This document shows positions 38,267 to 48,900 of a stretch of 64,000 nucleotides of DNA, one piece after another (the first letter of the stretch is position 1; each line of letters starts with the position of its first letter). The translations under genes were made by a program, and so were the position numbers. Below the pieces are notes generated by a model. It was not told the DNA's origin and ran no database searches. It worked only from the letters and a program-made list of their open reading frames with translations. Source of the stretch: an uncultured Acidobacteriota bacterium (GTDB lineage Bacteria > Acidobacteriota > Thermoanaerobaculia > Gp7-AA8); contig CAVUKB010000007.1 of the NCBI GenBank assembly GCA_963741955.1, forward strand, positions 312,558-376,557. Reading direction: 5' to 3'.

Positions 38267-39325
38267 TCACTGACGGGCCGTGGGGACGGCCTGCGAGCCC
38301 GATGATGGGGGGCGCGGGGTCAGCTCTCCTCTCAGGTCCTCCTCCATCCGCGTCCGCACCTCATCCGGTGACGCTCCACCACTGAAGAGATAGTACAGCT
38401 TGGTCAGTGCGGCCTCGCTGGTCATGTCGAAGCCGCTGATGACCCCCACTCTCGCGAGCGCTTTTCCGGTTGCGTAGTCTTCGAGATCGACACTTCCCTC
38501 CAGGCACTGCGTGCAATCCACTACGACCACGCCACGGCCGATCGACTCGCCGATGGCGGCGATGAGCTCGTGATCGCGCTCCGGAGCATTGCCGACACCG
38601 TAGGCCTCGAGGACCAGACCCTGAAGCGGAGGCTGGAGAATGTTCCGAAGCCATCGCGCGGAGATCCCAGGAAAAAGACGAAGGGCTCCCACGACCGGCT
38701 GACTCATCTCGCGTACCGTCAGCGGCCCGCCGGGGACAGGCGAGCGGATCAGTTCGCGTTTGATCTCGATCTCGACTCCCGCCGTTCCGAGCGGCGGATA
38801 GTTGGGCGAGGCGAATGCGTCGAATCCTCCCGCGCTGATCTTGACCGAGCGGCAGCCGCGCAGGAGGCGGTTTCCGAAGAAGAGGCAGACTTCCGGAATC
38901 GGTTCGTTCGCCGCGATCAGGAGCGATGTGATGATGTTTTCCCGCGCGTCGTTCCGCACTTCGCAGAGAGGGATCTGAGAGCCGGTGAGGATCACGGGTT
39001 TGCGAAGTCCCTCCAGCATGAATGCGAGTGCCGACGCCGTGTAGGCCATGGTGTCCGTTCCGTGGAAGACGACGAATCCGTCGAACTCGTCGTAATGCGC
39101 GGCGATGTCGCGCGCGATCCTGAGCCAGTCCGAAGGCATCATGTTGGACGAGTCGAGCAGAGGCTCGTACTCGCGCAGCGTGTACTCGGGCATGAGCGGA
39201 TGCTCGAGCTCGGGCATCGCCGCAAGCTGCTGCTCGAGAAAACGGGGATCGGGAGCCCATCCGCTCTCGCTCTTTCTCATCCCGATCGTTCCGCCGGTGT
39301 ATGCGATGTAGACGCGCCTGGTCAT
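38267..39325 (-). CDS. ansA: L-asparaginase, type I (cytoplasmic)
   Basis: ATG verified at 39323-39325. Asparaginase signatures (YIAYTGGTIGM threonine motif, VVFHGTDTMAYTASAL, ILTGSQIP). Confidence 0.85.
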   Translation of the reverse strand: MTRRVYIAYTGGTIGMRKSESGWAPDPRFLEQQLAAMPELEHPLMPEYTLREYEPLLDSSNMMPSDWLRIARDIAAHYDEFDGFVVFHGTDTMAYTASALAFMLEGLRKPVILTGSQIPLCEVRNDARENIITSLLIAANEPIPEVCLFFGNRLLRGCRSVKISAGGFDAFASPNYPPLGTAGVEIEIKRELIRSPVPGGPLTVREMSQPVVGALRLFPGISARWLRNILQPPLQGLVLEAYGVGNAPERDHELIAAIGESIGRGVVVVDCTQCLEGSVDLEDYATGKALARVGVISGFDMTSEAALTKLYYLFSGGASPDEVRTRMEEDLRGELTPRPPSSGSQAVPTARQ

Positions 39326-39456
39326 CCCTCGAATCTTAGCAAGTTGCGGGTCGCGAGTTCCGAGTTCCGAGTTGCAACCGGCAACTGGCAACTTCCCCCC
39401 ACCGGGCCGATGTTGGTAGTGGAGCGGTGAGCCCGGCAGGCAACGAAGGCGAGCCG

Positions 39457-41709
39457 ATGCTGCTGCGGTGGTTTCCCTGGAAGTTCGTCATCAGCCGCAT
39501 TGCGCGGGCTGGGGGAATCGTCGATCCCGTGCGGATCCTTTCCCGGCTGGAGAGTTTCGCGCAGCCGCTGGAGGTGAAAGAGCCGCTCGAGCTTCTCCGG
39601 GCAGGGCTCGTTTTTCACGCCCGCGGTCTTCTCAACACGGTCGCCATTCAGCACAATCTCGATTGGATCTGGCCGTACTGGGTCGCACGGCAATACGATC
39701 CGCATTCTCCGTCGTTCATTCCGAGAGCGTTTTCCGCAACCCACATCAATCTGACCCATCGCAACTGGACTGCGGTCGGCAGGCCCGACTGCGAGCATCT
39801 CCCGATCGTCGATCCACGCGGACTGGTCACGCCGCACTGGGACGGCTGGTCGATCGATGCGTGGGTGGTCGCAGCAGACGGACGGCGCCTGGTTCCGGCT
39901 GTGTGCGGGATGGTGGAACAGCGGCTTCTCTTCGAGGACGAGTTGACGGTCGTCACCCGGAGCGCGGAGGGGGCGTTGGATCTGGTCGGTGCGGTCACCG
40001 TCGTCGAGCGCGACGAACGGAACTGCTGCGAACTCCATTACCAGGCACGCGGGATACCGGGTTCCTGGTTGGTGGTCTCTCTCCGTCCCGCGAATCCGGA
40101 GGGAGTGAGCTTCGTTCACGTGATCGATACCTCGCAGGGAGGAGCGATCTGGAGGGTCGGTCGTCAGGCGGTCCGGTTTCTCGAACGGCCGCGCGCCGTT
40201 CGTCTCTCGCGCTACCACGAAGGCGACGTTTCGTTGCGGCTGTTCGACGACAGCGCCGGGCGGGCCGACCGTGTCGAATGCCCGGTCGGGATGGCCACCG
40301 CCGCGGCACTCTTTCCGATCGAGTCCGAGGCGGGGACGAGCGTCACGGTGAGGATTCCGCTCGAGCCGAAGCCGATCTTCCCCCGCCGCCGGCGTTCCTG
40401 GGCTGCAGTTCTCAGTCGTACGGCCCCGGCACACCTTCCGCGGCATCTTCGGCAGTTTCTCTACGACGCGGCGATTCGTTCGTTGATTCTCCACGCTCCG
40501 GCTGGAGAGGCGTGGCCCGGCCCATACACGTACAAGCGGTTCTGGTTTCGCGATGCAGCGTTCATTCTCGACGCACTTCTGGCGATCGGGCTCTTCGAGC
40601 GGGCGGAAGCGGTGATCGACCGGTTTCCCGAGCGCCAGCTGCGGAATGGCTTCTTCCGTTCGCAGGACGGTGAATGGGACTCCAACGGAGAAGCTCTCTG
40701 GATCATGAGCCGCTTCTGCCGGATGAGCGGCCGCCGCCCCAAGCCGCAGTGGGAGGAGGCGATCCGTCTGGGTGCCGAGTGGATTGCGAAGAAGAGGACT
40801 CGGGTGACCGGCCATCCCGACTCCGGGCTCCTCCCGGCGGGATTCAGCGCCGAGCACCTGGGGCCGAATGACGTCTACTACTGGGACGACTTCTGGGGCG
40901 TGGCCGGGCTGCGTGCGGCGGGGGAGATGCTCCGGATGTTCGGCGACGAGAGGGGGGCACGCGATCTCGAGGACGAGAGCGATGATCTCTTCCGCTGCAT
41001 CGAGCGGAGCCTGCAGGGATGCTTCGGCCGGCTGCGACGAGCTGCGATGCCCGCGTCGCCGCATCGCCGCCTCGACTCCGGAGCGATCGGCTCTCTTGCG
41101 GCGGGCTATCCGCTCAAGTTGTTCGATCCGCGCGATCCCCGCCTGCTCGACACCGCCGAATGGCTGATGTCCGACTGTCTCGTCGACGGCGGCTTCTACC
41201 AGGACATCGTCCATTCCGGGATCAATCCCTACCTTTCTCTCCATCTCGCAGAGGTTCTCGCGCGAGCCGGAGATGCGAGGGCGCGCGAGCTGATCCGAAC
41301 CGTCGCCTCTCTCGCCACTCCGACCGGGCAGTGGCCGGAGGCGATCCACCCACGCACGGGCGGCGGATGCATGGGTGACGGACACCACGCATGGGCATCG
41401 GCGGAGTGGATTCTGATGACCAGAAATGCGTTCCTGCGGGAAGAGGGTGAGGACCGTCTGGTGGTGGGATCTGCCATTCCTCCGGAGTGGGTGACGGGCA
41501 CCGAAGGATTTTCGTTCGGTCCTGCGCCGACGGAGTTCGGGGAAGTCACGGTCTCGTTCGTGCCGCGCGACGAAGCGGTGGAGTTTCGGATTTACGGCAG
41601 CTGGCGCCGGGTACCGACGGTGGAAGTGCGGCTGCCGTCGGTCGAGCCGGTCGAGATGAGCGGGACGCGGGACGCGTGCTTTCTGAGTCGAAAGGGGGTC
41701 AGGACATGA
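39457..41709 (+). CDS. Six-hairpin (alpha/alpha)6 glycoside-hydrolase-like protein, distant GH15/GH63/GDE-C type; first gene of a 3-gene operon
   Basis: ORF-track start 39427 is GTG; ATG verified at 39457. Motifs parallel to GH15 (YTYKRFWFRDAAFILDAL ~ Y.W.RD; VYYWDDFWGVAGLRAAGEML). Its stop overlaps the GT4 start (ATGA). Confidence 0.55.
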   Translation: MLLRWFPWKFVISRIARAGGIVDPVRILSRLESFAQPLEVKEPLELLRAGLVFHARGLLNTVAIQHNLDWIWPYWVARQYDPHSPSFIPRAFSATHINLTHRNWTAVGRPDCEHLPIVDPRGLVTPHWDGWSIDAWVVAADGRRLVPAVCGMVEQRLLFEDELTVVTRSAEGALDLVGAVTVVERDERNCCELHYQARGIPGSWLVVSLRPANPEGVSFVHVIDTSQGGAIWRVGRQAVRFLERPRAVRLSRYHEGDVSLRLFDDSAGRADRVECPVGMATAAALFPIESEAGTSVTVRIPLEPKPIFPRRRRSWAAVLSRTAPAHLPRHLRQFLYDAAIRSLILHAPAGEAWPGPYTYKRFWFRDAAFILDALLAIGLFERAEAVIDRFPERQLRNGFFRSQDGEWDSNGEALWIMSRFCRMSGRRPKPQWEEAIRLGAEWIAKKRTRVTGHPDSGLLPAGFSAEHLGPNDVYYWDDFWGVAGLRAAGEMLRMFGDERGARDLEDESDDLFRCIERSLQGCFGRLRRAAMPASPHRRLDSGAIGSLAAGYPLKLFDPRDPRLLDTAEWLMSDCLVDGGFYQDIVHSGINPYLSLHLAEVLARAGDARARELIRTVASLATPTGQWPEAIHPRTGGGCMGDGHHAWASAEWILMTRNAFLREEGEDRLVVGSAIPPEWVTGTEGFSFGPAPTEFGEVTVSFVPRDEAVEFRIYGSWRRVPTVEVRLPSVEPVEMSGTRDACFLSRKGVRT

Positions 41710-43013
41710 GAATCGTCGCCCTGACGAATACGTACGCTCCTCACGTCGGCGGAGTCGCGCGAAGCGTGGTCGCGTTCACCAGGGAGCTTCGCCGCCGCGG
41801 TCACGAGGTTCTCGTCGTCGCGCCCACTTTCGAGGGATGCCCCGAAGAGGAGGAAGGGGTGCTTCGGGTTCCGGCGATCGAAAACTTCAATGGCAGCAAT
41901 TTCTCGGTTCCGGGGCCCATTCCGCGCCGGGTGGCCGTTGCGGTGAAGCAGTTCCGTCCGCACCTTGTCCATTCGCATCATCCGTTTCTGCTCGGCGATA
42001 CCGCGCTGCGGATTGGTGCGCGCCGCGACGTGCCGGTGGTGTTCACTCACCACACGCTCTACGAGCACTACGTCCATTACGTCCCGGGGGGAGCGGAGCG
42101 GCTCGGGCGCATGGTGCTGGAACTGGTGACCGGCTACTGCAATCTCTGCGATTCGGTGATCGCGCCGAGCGAGTCGGTGGCGGCACTTCTGGTCGAGCGC
42201 GGGATTCGAGCTCCCATCGCGGTCATCCCCACCGGAGTCGATCTCGAAGTGTTCGGGAAAGGAGACGGTGGGAGGTTCCGTGCTGCGCACGCGATTCCGC
42301 CCGACGCGTTCGTGGTCGGTCACGCGGGAAGGCTCGCCGCGGAAAAGAACCTCGGGGTGGTCGGCGACGCGATGATCGAAGTCTCGAAGAGCGACGAAAA
42401 CGTTTGGGCGGTCGTGGCCGGGACCGGTCCTCTTCGTGACGAACTTTCCGCGCGCTTCGAGCGGGCGGGAGTCGCGCAGCGGGTGCGCATGACCGGAGCG
42501 ATCGACTGGCCCGACCTCGCCGACGCGTACGCCGCGATGGATACGTTCGTCTTCGCCTCTCGAACCGAAACGCAGGGGATGGTTCTCACCGAAGCGATGG
42601 CCGCCGGATGTCCCGTGGTGGCCGTGGACGCGACCGGCGCTCGCGAGGTCGTCCGCGACGGCTGGAACGGCTTTCTCCTTCCGAGCGAAGAGCTCCGGTC
42701 CTTCGTCGGGGCCATCCAGCGGATGCGCGGCCTGGCACTGAGCGATCGGAGGGCGATGGAGACGAGAGCGCGGGCGACCGCAGCGGAGATGTCGCTCGAG
42801 GTCTCGGTTGCGCGGCTGATCCGCCTGTACACCCGGCTCCTGGATCGTGCGCCGCGTCGTACCGATGCGGCGGGGTCGTGGTTCGTGCCGGCGGGGAAAG
42901 GCGTAGTGCGTGATCTGAAGATCGCCGGCAATATCGTCAGAGCGGTTGGAGATGCGGTCCGGCCCCTTCCGGGGTCCGACGCGGGAGCGGGAAGGATCGC
43001 CCGATGGTTCTGA
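41706..43013 (+). CDS. Glycosyltransferase family 4 (GT-B, retaining)
   Basis: ATG verified at 41706. MRIVALTNTYAPHVGGVARSV N-terminus. EX7E-type C-terminal region (FVFASRTETQGMVLTEAMAAGCPVVA). Confidence 0.85.
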   Translation: MRIVALTNTYAPHVGGVARSVVAFTRELRRRGHEVLVVAPTFEGCPEEEEGVLRVPAIENFNGSNFSVPGPIPRRVAVAVKQFRPHLVHSHHPFLLGDTALRIGARRDVPVVFTHHTLYEHYVHYVPGGAERLGRMVLELVTGYCNLCDSVIAPSESVAALLVERGIRAPIAVIPTGVDLEVFGKGDGGRFRAAHAIPPDAFVVGHAGRLAAEKNLGVVGDAMIEVSKSDENVWAVVAGTGPLRDELSARFERAGVAQRVRMTGAIDWPDLADAYAAMDTFVFASRTETQGMVLTEAMAAGCPVVAVDATGAREVVRDGWNGFLLPSEELRSFVGAIQRMRGLALSDRRAMETRARATAAEMSLEVSVARLIRLYTRLLDRAPRRTDAAGSWFVPAGKGVVRDLKIAGNIVRAVGDAVRPLPGSDAGAGRIARWF

Positions 43014-43762
43014 ACGAGGAGGAGAGAGTGCGCCGTCCGTGGTGGCTTCGCTCGCTCGGATCGATTTACGCCGCGGCGTACGTGGGCTGCTCCCGGTTCG
43101 AGTGGATGACCTGGCGGCGCGGCGACGATGCCGCGCTCCGGAAGATCGACGAGCTGCTCGCGCGAGGGGTTCGGCTGCTCGCGGTCTTCTGGCACGGGAG
43201 CTATCTGCCGCTCTTCGTTCTCCTCCGGAACCGGCGCGCCTGCATCGTGTCGAGCGAATCGTTTCGTGGGGAGGTGATCGGGAAGATCAGCCGCCTCTGC
43301 GGATTCGAGAACGTGCGGGTCGAGGACGGATCGGGAGACGACGCGATCATCCGGATCGCTGCGGCTCTCAGCTCGCATCAGGCCGGAGCCCTCGCGGTCG
43401 ACGGCCCGCTCGGACCGCGTCACCTCGTGAAACGCGGAGTGCCGCTGATCGCTTCGAGGGCGGGGATGGCACTCCTGCCGGTTGCCGTCGCCATGTCGAA
43501 GAAGAAAGTTCTCGACCAGCGTTGGGACAGGATGGAGTTGCCGCGTCTCTTCTCCCGCATCGAGCTCACCGCCGGGGAGCTGATCTTCGTTCCGCCGGAG
43601 CTTGACGAGACGTCGGCGCTGAGGTACGCGGCGGAGGTCGAGAGGGCACTCGAAGCGCTGGATCGAAGCGCTGCCGCGAAGGTGGCCGCAGCGACGTCGA
43701 CGCGGGATCGCTCGAATTCCGACCTGGAAAGAGAAGAAAGGGCGGTCGTGGACCGCCCCTGA
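43004..43762 (+). CDS. DUF374 domain protein (lysophospholipid/lipid-A acyltransferase-like)
   Basis: ATG verified at 43004, overlapping the GT4 end by 10 nt. DUF374-like sequence (LLAVFWHGSYLPLF...IVSSESFRGEVIGKI...). Confidence 0.65.
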   Translation: MVLNEEERVRRPWWLRSLGSIYAAAYVGCSRFEWMTWRRGDDAALRKIDELLARGVRLLAVFWHGSYLPLFVLLRNRRACIVSSESFRGEVIGKISRLCGFENVRVEDGSGDDAIIRIAAALSSHQAGALAVDGPLGPRHLVKRGVPLIASRAGMALLPVAVAMSKKKVLDQRWDRMELPRLFSRIELTAGELIFVPPELDETSALRYAAEVERALEALDRSAAAKVAAATSTRDRSNSDLEREERAVVDRP

Positions 43763-43788
43763 AGAAGCTCCGCGAGACTCGCCCGGCC

Positions 43789-44283
43789 TCAGGCCGACTT
43801 CGCCCTCGTGTCGATCGCTTTCGGTCCGCCGCTTCCGCCGATCTCGATCCGGCGCGGTTTCGCTTCCTCGCGTTTCGGCATCGAGATCTCGAGAACCCCG
43901 TCCTCGTAGATCGCTTCGACGTGTTCCGGATCGACGCTGTTGGGGAGAGTGAAAGAACGGACGAAGCTTCCGTAGGAGCGCTCCACGCGGTGGAAATTGC
44001 GCTCGCGGTTTTCCTGCTCCATCCTTCTCTCTCCACGGAGGGTCAGGACTCCATTTTCGAAGGAGATCTCGATGTCCTCTTTCTTCATCCCCGGGAGCTC
44101 CGCCCGGACGAAGATCCGGTCTTTCGTCTCCTCCACGTCGACGGGTGGGACCCACGTGCCCGAGGTCAGATCGGGAGTGGTGAATCCGGGTGCGAAGTCG
44201 CGGAAGAAGGGTTCGAACAGGCGGTTCATCTGGTTCTGGAGATTCTGAATGTCCTGGGCGGGATTCCAACGCGTGATGGCCAT
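43789..44283 (-). CDS. Hsp20/alpha-crystallin family small heat-shock protein
   Basis: ATG verified at 44281-44283. Alpha-crystallin domain (WVPPVDVEETKDRIFVRAELPGMKKEDIEISFENGVLTLRGER...). Confidence 0.9.
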   Translation of the reverse strand: MAITRWNPAQDIQNLQNQMNRLFEPFFRDFAPGFTTPDLTSGTWVPPVDVEETKDRIFVRAELPGMKKEDIEISFENGVLTLRGERRMEQENRERNFHRVERSYGSFVRSFTLPNSVDPEHVEAIYEDGVLEISMPKREEAKPRRIEIGGSGGPKAIDTRAKSA

Positions 44284-44431
44284 TTTCCGTTACCTCCTCT
44301 GATCACGAAAAAATCAAATCAGGCGATGAAATATGAGTCATGGCGACTCACCGATCAGAACGCGAGGAACCCTCTCCGATATTTCAGGAGGGGCGCCTAA
44401 CTCCCTTGTTTTGCTGAGCTTGGCTCGCTGT

Positions 44432-45079
44432 TCAGTTCCCTTCGGGTTGTGCGTGCACCGTGATCTCGACGCGCCGGTTGAGCTGTCTTCCTTCCGGCGT
44501 GTCGTTCGACGCGACCGGTCTGGACTTCCCGTAACCGACCGCGGTGATCCGGTGTCCGTCGACGCCATGGTCGACCAGGTAACCTGCCACGGAATCCGCC
44601 CGTCGCTCCGAGAGGCCCTGATTGTAGTCGGCCGAACCGACGGAGTCGGTGTGCCCAGCCACGACCAGGTCGGTGTCGGGATAGCGGGTGAAGACGGACG
44701 TCATCTGTTCGAGGGTCTGCCGCGACTGCGGACGGAGCGCCGCCGAGTCGTAGTCGAACAGGATGTTGTTCTGCATCACGACGTTGAGCTCGTCGTCGGC
44801 GGTGCGGGTCACTTCCACGCCCTCGATCTGCTGGAGCTCTTTCTGCTGCTGGTCCATGCGGTGTCCTGCGGCTGCGCCGACACCCGCGCCGACTGCAGCG
44901 CCGATCACGGCTCCGGTCCGCGGGTCTCCGGACTGATTTCCGATGATCGCGCCGGCGATGGCTCCTGCTGCCGCCCCGATCCCGGCGCCTTTCTTGGTTT
45001 TCTCGTTCGGACCGCCGCTCGTGACGCAACCGGCCAGAAGGATCGTCACGGCGAGGATTCCTGCAATTCTTCGATACAT
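44432..45079 (-). CDS. OmpA-family lipoprotein with glycine-zipper segment and C-terminal OmpA/peptidoglycan-binding domain
   Basis: ATG verified at 45077-45079 with GGAGGAAGA upstream. Lipobox LLAGC. GAGIGAAAGAIAGAIIG glycine zipper. OmpA_C motifs (NILFDYDSAAL, GHTDSVGSADYNQGLSERRA). Confidence 0.8.
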   Translation of the reverse strand: MYRRIAGILAVTILLAGCVTSGGPNEKTKKGAGIGAAAGAIAGAIIGNQSGDPRTGAVIGAAVGAGVGAAAGHRMDQQQKELQQIEGVEVTRTADDELNVVMQNNILFDYDSAALRPQSRQTLEQMTSVFTRYPDTDLVVAGHTDSVGSADYNQGLSERRADSVAGYLVDHGVDGHRITAVGYGKSRPVASNDTPEGRQLNRRVEITVHAQPEGN

Positions 45080-45300
45080 CTCTTCCTCCGTTGAACAGAA
45101 TCTGGTTCCATCGAGCTCGGTAGGCCAGGCTCTGTCAGGAATACGTTCGAAGCGAGCGGCTGGTTTCGACATCCTTGATGAACGGCCGGTTACCAATCCG
45201 ATCGGAGCAGCCCGGACGGGGTGACGATCGCCACGTTCGGGACGCATATTGAAGGAGCTCACCCGGGAAGAGCGAACGGCAGCGCTATGGGGAGGACGAG

Positions 45301-45891
45301 ATGCCGAAGACGCTCGAAGAACTGCTCGCGGACATCGAGAAGAGTGGAATCGTGTCGCAGATGGTCGTTCTCGGCTGTGGTAAACGAGCGGTGGGAGACG
45401 ACGCAGCAGGGCGGCGGGTGGTGGAGTCGCTCCGCGAACGTGACGAGACGATCGACTGCCGGACGTTCGGCGGAGAGCTGTTCGAACTGCTGGAGCTCTA
45501 TCGAGCGGGACACCCGCTCTTCATCCTCGACGCGATGCGCACTGCGGCGCATCCCGGGACCCTCCTTCTGACCCGCGGACCGACGACCCACGCCCGCCTG
45601 CGGAACATTGGCGGCGAGAAGACCGACTGGAATCTGGACGGGATCGCGGGTCTGGCCAAAGACCTCGGGTACACGATTCCTCCACTCTGGATCATGGGAA
45701 TCGAAGGGAGCTCCGCATCCGGAGAACTGACTCCCGAGGTCTCGCGCGCGGTGGATTTCGTGGTCGAGAACTTCGATGCTCTGCGCGCCGTCGCGTTCGC
45801 GCTCGAACCTGGCGATCCGCCGGTGATCCTGAGGCCTCCGGCCTGGGAGCTGCCGCCGATCCGGGTCGATTGGGGGCCGGTGCACGCCTGA
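45301..45891 (+). CDS. Peptidase A31 (hydrogenase maturation protease HycI/HyaD)-like protein, orphan (no hydrogenase genes in window)
   Basis: ATG at 45301. VLGCGKRAVGDDAAGRRVVESL (GCGN.x.GDD), FILDA and a conserved His downstream. Confidence 0.55.
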   Translation: MPKTLEELLADIEKSGIVSQMVVLGCGKRAVGDDAAGRRVVESLRERDETIDCRTFGGELFELLELYRAGHPLFILDAMRTAAHPGTLLLTRGPTTHARLRNIGGEKTDWNLDGIAGLAKDLGYTIPPLWIMGIEGSSASGELTPEVSRAVDFVVENFDALRAVAFALEPGDPPVILRPPAWELPPIRVDWGPVHA

Positions 45892-45982
45892 GAGCCGCTC
45901 GGCCCACCAGACGCAACGCAGCAGTTCGCGACGCGAAAGAACCCTCAGCCGGGACGACGCCCGGAGTCCCCGGGATTGGTGA

Positions 45983-48900
45983 TCACGATTCGATCAGGGC
46001 ACGAAGCTGGCGAGTCGCGACTGTGAGTGCCGAAAGATCGATCGCCGGAATGGTCCGGAGCTCGTTGAGCATCTGGTCCGTCCGGGTCGTCACGTCATGG
46101 CGTGTGGCGAGCCAATGGTCGATCGCTTCCCCGTTGGCTCCCTTCTTCGACCCCTGCAGCACGCGTGCGGCGAGGACGCTCTGGTAGTTGAAGAGGTCGT
46201 CGATGACCCCGGAGATGGCCGCCTTCTGCCACGGAGTGTCCGTGACGATCGACTCGGCGGCCGCCCGGAGGCGGTCGAATCCGAATCGCGGTCCCAAGGC
46301 GAAATAGATCTTGCCGACCTGCTCGATCGGCTGTCCCGATTCGTGCGCGATGTGGACGATGTCGAGGAACGAGCTCGCCACGTCGACGCTTCCGATGCGA
46401 CGGGCGAGAGCGGAGGGAACCCCGAGCTCCTCCAACTCGCGGATCTTCGCGGTGAGAGTCTCGATCTCGCCGGCCGAGAGAATCGAATCGAGCTGAGACT
46501 GCAGCGTCGCGATTCCTGGGCGGTACTCCGCCTCGAGCGTCGAGACGTCGAGGGTGACCCCTCCCTTGAGGAACCATCGGGTCGCCCGCTCCACCAGCTG
46601 ACCCGCTTCGAGCAGCATCCGCAGTTGCAGCTCGGCCGGGATCAGATTGTCCAGCGATTCGATGTCGCCGTAGATCGAGCGGAGCTCGAAGCAGTTGCGG
46701 ACGATCGCGTATGCGCGTGCAATGTCGACGGACGTGCGTCCGGTCTCTTCACTCAACTGAGTGACGAAGGTCGGCCCGACCCGGTTGACCATGTTGTTGG
46801 TCACGAACGTCGCGATGATCTCGCGGTTCAACCGGTGCCTGAGGATCGCGTCGGGATAACGCTCGCGGAGCTGAGGCGGGAAATAGTGGATCAGATCTTC
46901 GTGAAGGAGCGGGTCGTCGGGAAGATCGGAGCCGAGAAGGTCCTGATAGAGGGCGATCTTCGAATAGGCGAGGAGAACCGCGATCTCCGGCCGGGTGAGG
47001 CCGGTGTGGGCCGCGTGCCTCTCGACGATCACTTCGTCATCCGGGAGAAACTCGAGTCCTCTGTCGAGTTTCCCGGCACGCTCGAGTGATCGCATCAGTC
47101 TCGCCTGGGCATCGAGCATCCCGACTCCGGGCGCGGCGGCGATGCTGATCGCCTGGGTCTGCTGGTAATTGTCGCGAAGCACGAGCTCTGCGACCGCGCT
47201 GGTCATTTCCGCGAGGACCTCGAGGCGCTGTTCGCCGGTCAGTCCGCCGCGGCGGACCAACTCGTCGAGCAGGATCTTGATGTTCACCTCATGGTCCGAC
47301 GTGTCGACTCCGGCCGAATTGTCGATGGCGTCGTTGTTGATCTTTCCGCCGCCGAGCGCGAACTCGATCCGGGCGCGTTGAGTGCAGCCGAGGTTCGCCC
47401 CTTCACCGACGACCTTGACGCGCAACTCGGGAGCATCGACCCGGAGAGCATCATTGGCGCGATCGCGAGCGTCCGCGTCGGTCTCGTCCGAGGCCTTCAC
47501 GTACGTGCCGATGCCGCCGAGCCAGAGGAGATCGGCCCGTGCACGAAGGATCGCCTGAACCAGCTCGTTCGGCGTGACTTGCGGCTTCGGCAGATCGAAG
47601 CGCTCCATCACCTGGGGAGAGATGTTGATCAGTTTTGCTTTCCGGTCGAATACGGCGCCGCCGGGAGAGAGGAGAGAGGGGTCGTAGTCGCTCCAGCTCG
47701 ACCGCGGCAGCTCGAAGAGTCGCTTCCGCTCCTCGAAGCTCCGGCGGGGATCGGGATCGGGATCGACGAAGATGTGGAGATGATTGAACGCCCCGATCAG
47801 GCGGGTGTGCTCGGAGAGGAGCATCCCATTGCCGAAGACATCACCCGACATGTCGCCCACTCCGACGCAGGTGAAGTTCTGCGTCTGGATGTCGCGACCG
47901 AGCTCACGGAAGTGGCGTTTCACCGCCTCCCATGCGCCGCGGGCGGTGATGCCCATCTTCTTGTGGTCGTATCCGGCGGAACCGCCGGAGGCGAATGCGT
48001 CACCCAGCCAGAAGTCGTACTCGGCCGAGATCCCGTTCGCAATGTCGGAGAACGTGGCGGTCCCCTTGTCCGCGGCGACGACCAGGTAGATGTCGTCGGC
48101 GTCACGGAGGCGGACGTTCGGCGGATGGACCACCCGGCCGTCGACGATGTTGTCGGTCAGGTCGAGGAGCCCGCGGATGAAGTTCTGGTAGCAGGCGATT
48201 CCTTCTTTCAGGAAGGCCTCGCGGTCCCCCGGAGACGGGGCCTGTTTGAGAACGAATCCTCCCTTCGAGCCGACCGGCACGATCACGGTGTTCTTCACCG
48301 TCTGCGCTTTCATCAGCCCGAGGATCTCGGTGCGGAAGTCCTCCGGCCGGTCCGACCAGCGGATGCCGCCGCGGGCGACCATCCCACCGCGGAGGTGGAC
48401 TCCCTCGAATCGCGGTGAATAGACGAAGATCTCGAACAGCGGTCGCGGGAGCGGCAGCTCGGTCAGGTCGCGGCTGGAGATCTTGATCGAAAGGTACGCT
48501 TTCCGGAGTCCGGCGGCGTCAGGCTGGTAGTAGTTCGTGCGGACGGTCGAGTCGATCGCATTGAGGTAGCGCCGGATGATCCGGTCCTCGTCGAGATTGG
48601 TCACGCTCTCGAGCTTCCGGAGGATCTCACCGCGGATCTGGTCGGCACGCTCGTCCCCTTCTCCGGCCCGCGCGGGATCGAAGAGCGATTCGAACAGCTC
48701 GACCAGAAGGCAGGCGATCTCGGCGTGGTTCGCCATGGTCCTCTGCATGTAGGCCTGACTGAAGCTGATCCCGGTCTGACGGAGGTACTTGCAGTAAGTC
48801 CGGAGGACGACCACCTGCTGCCACTCCAGATCCGCGAGGGTGATCAGCCGGTTGAAGCCGTCGTCTTCCGTTTCGTTGTGCCAGATTCGGAGGAACGCTT

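Noticed and set aside
39427-39456. ORF-track start codons that are GTG/TTG printed as M (e.g. 39427, 5743, 7950, 16776, 23391)
   Set aside because: Checked against nucleotides. Nearby downstream ATGs with better RBS were preferred. Exceptions were kept where no ATG precedes conserved N-terminal residues (gdhB GTG 50797; ABC exporter TTG 51965).
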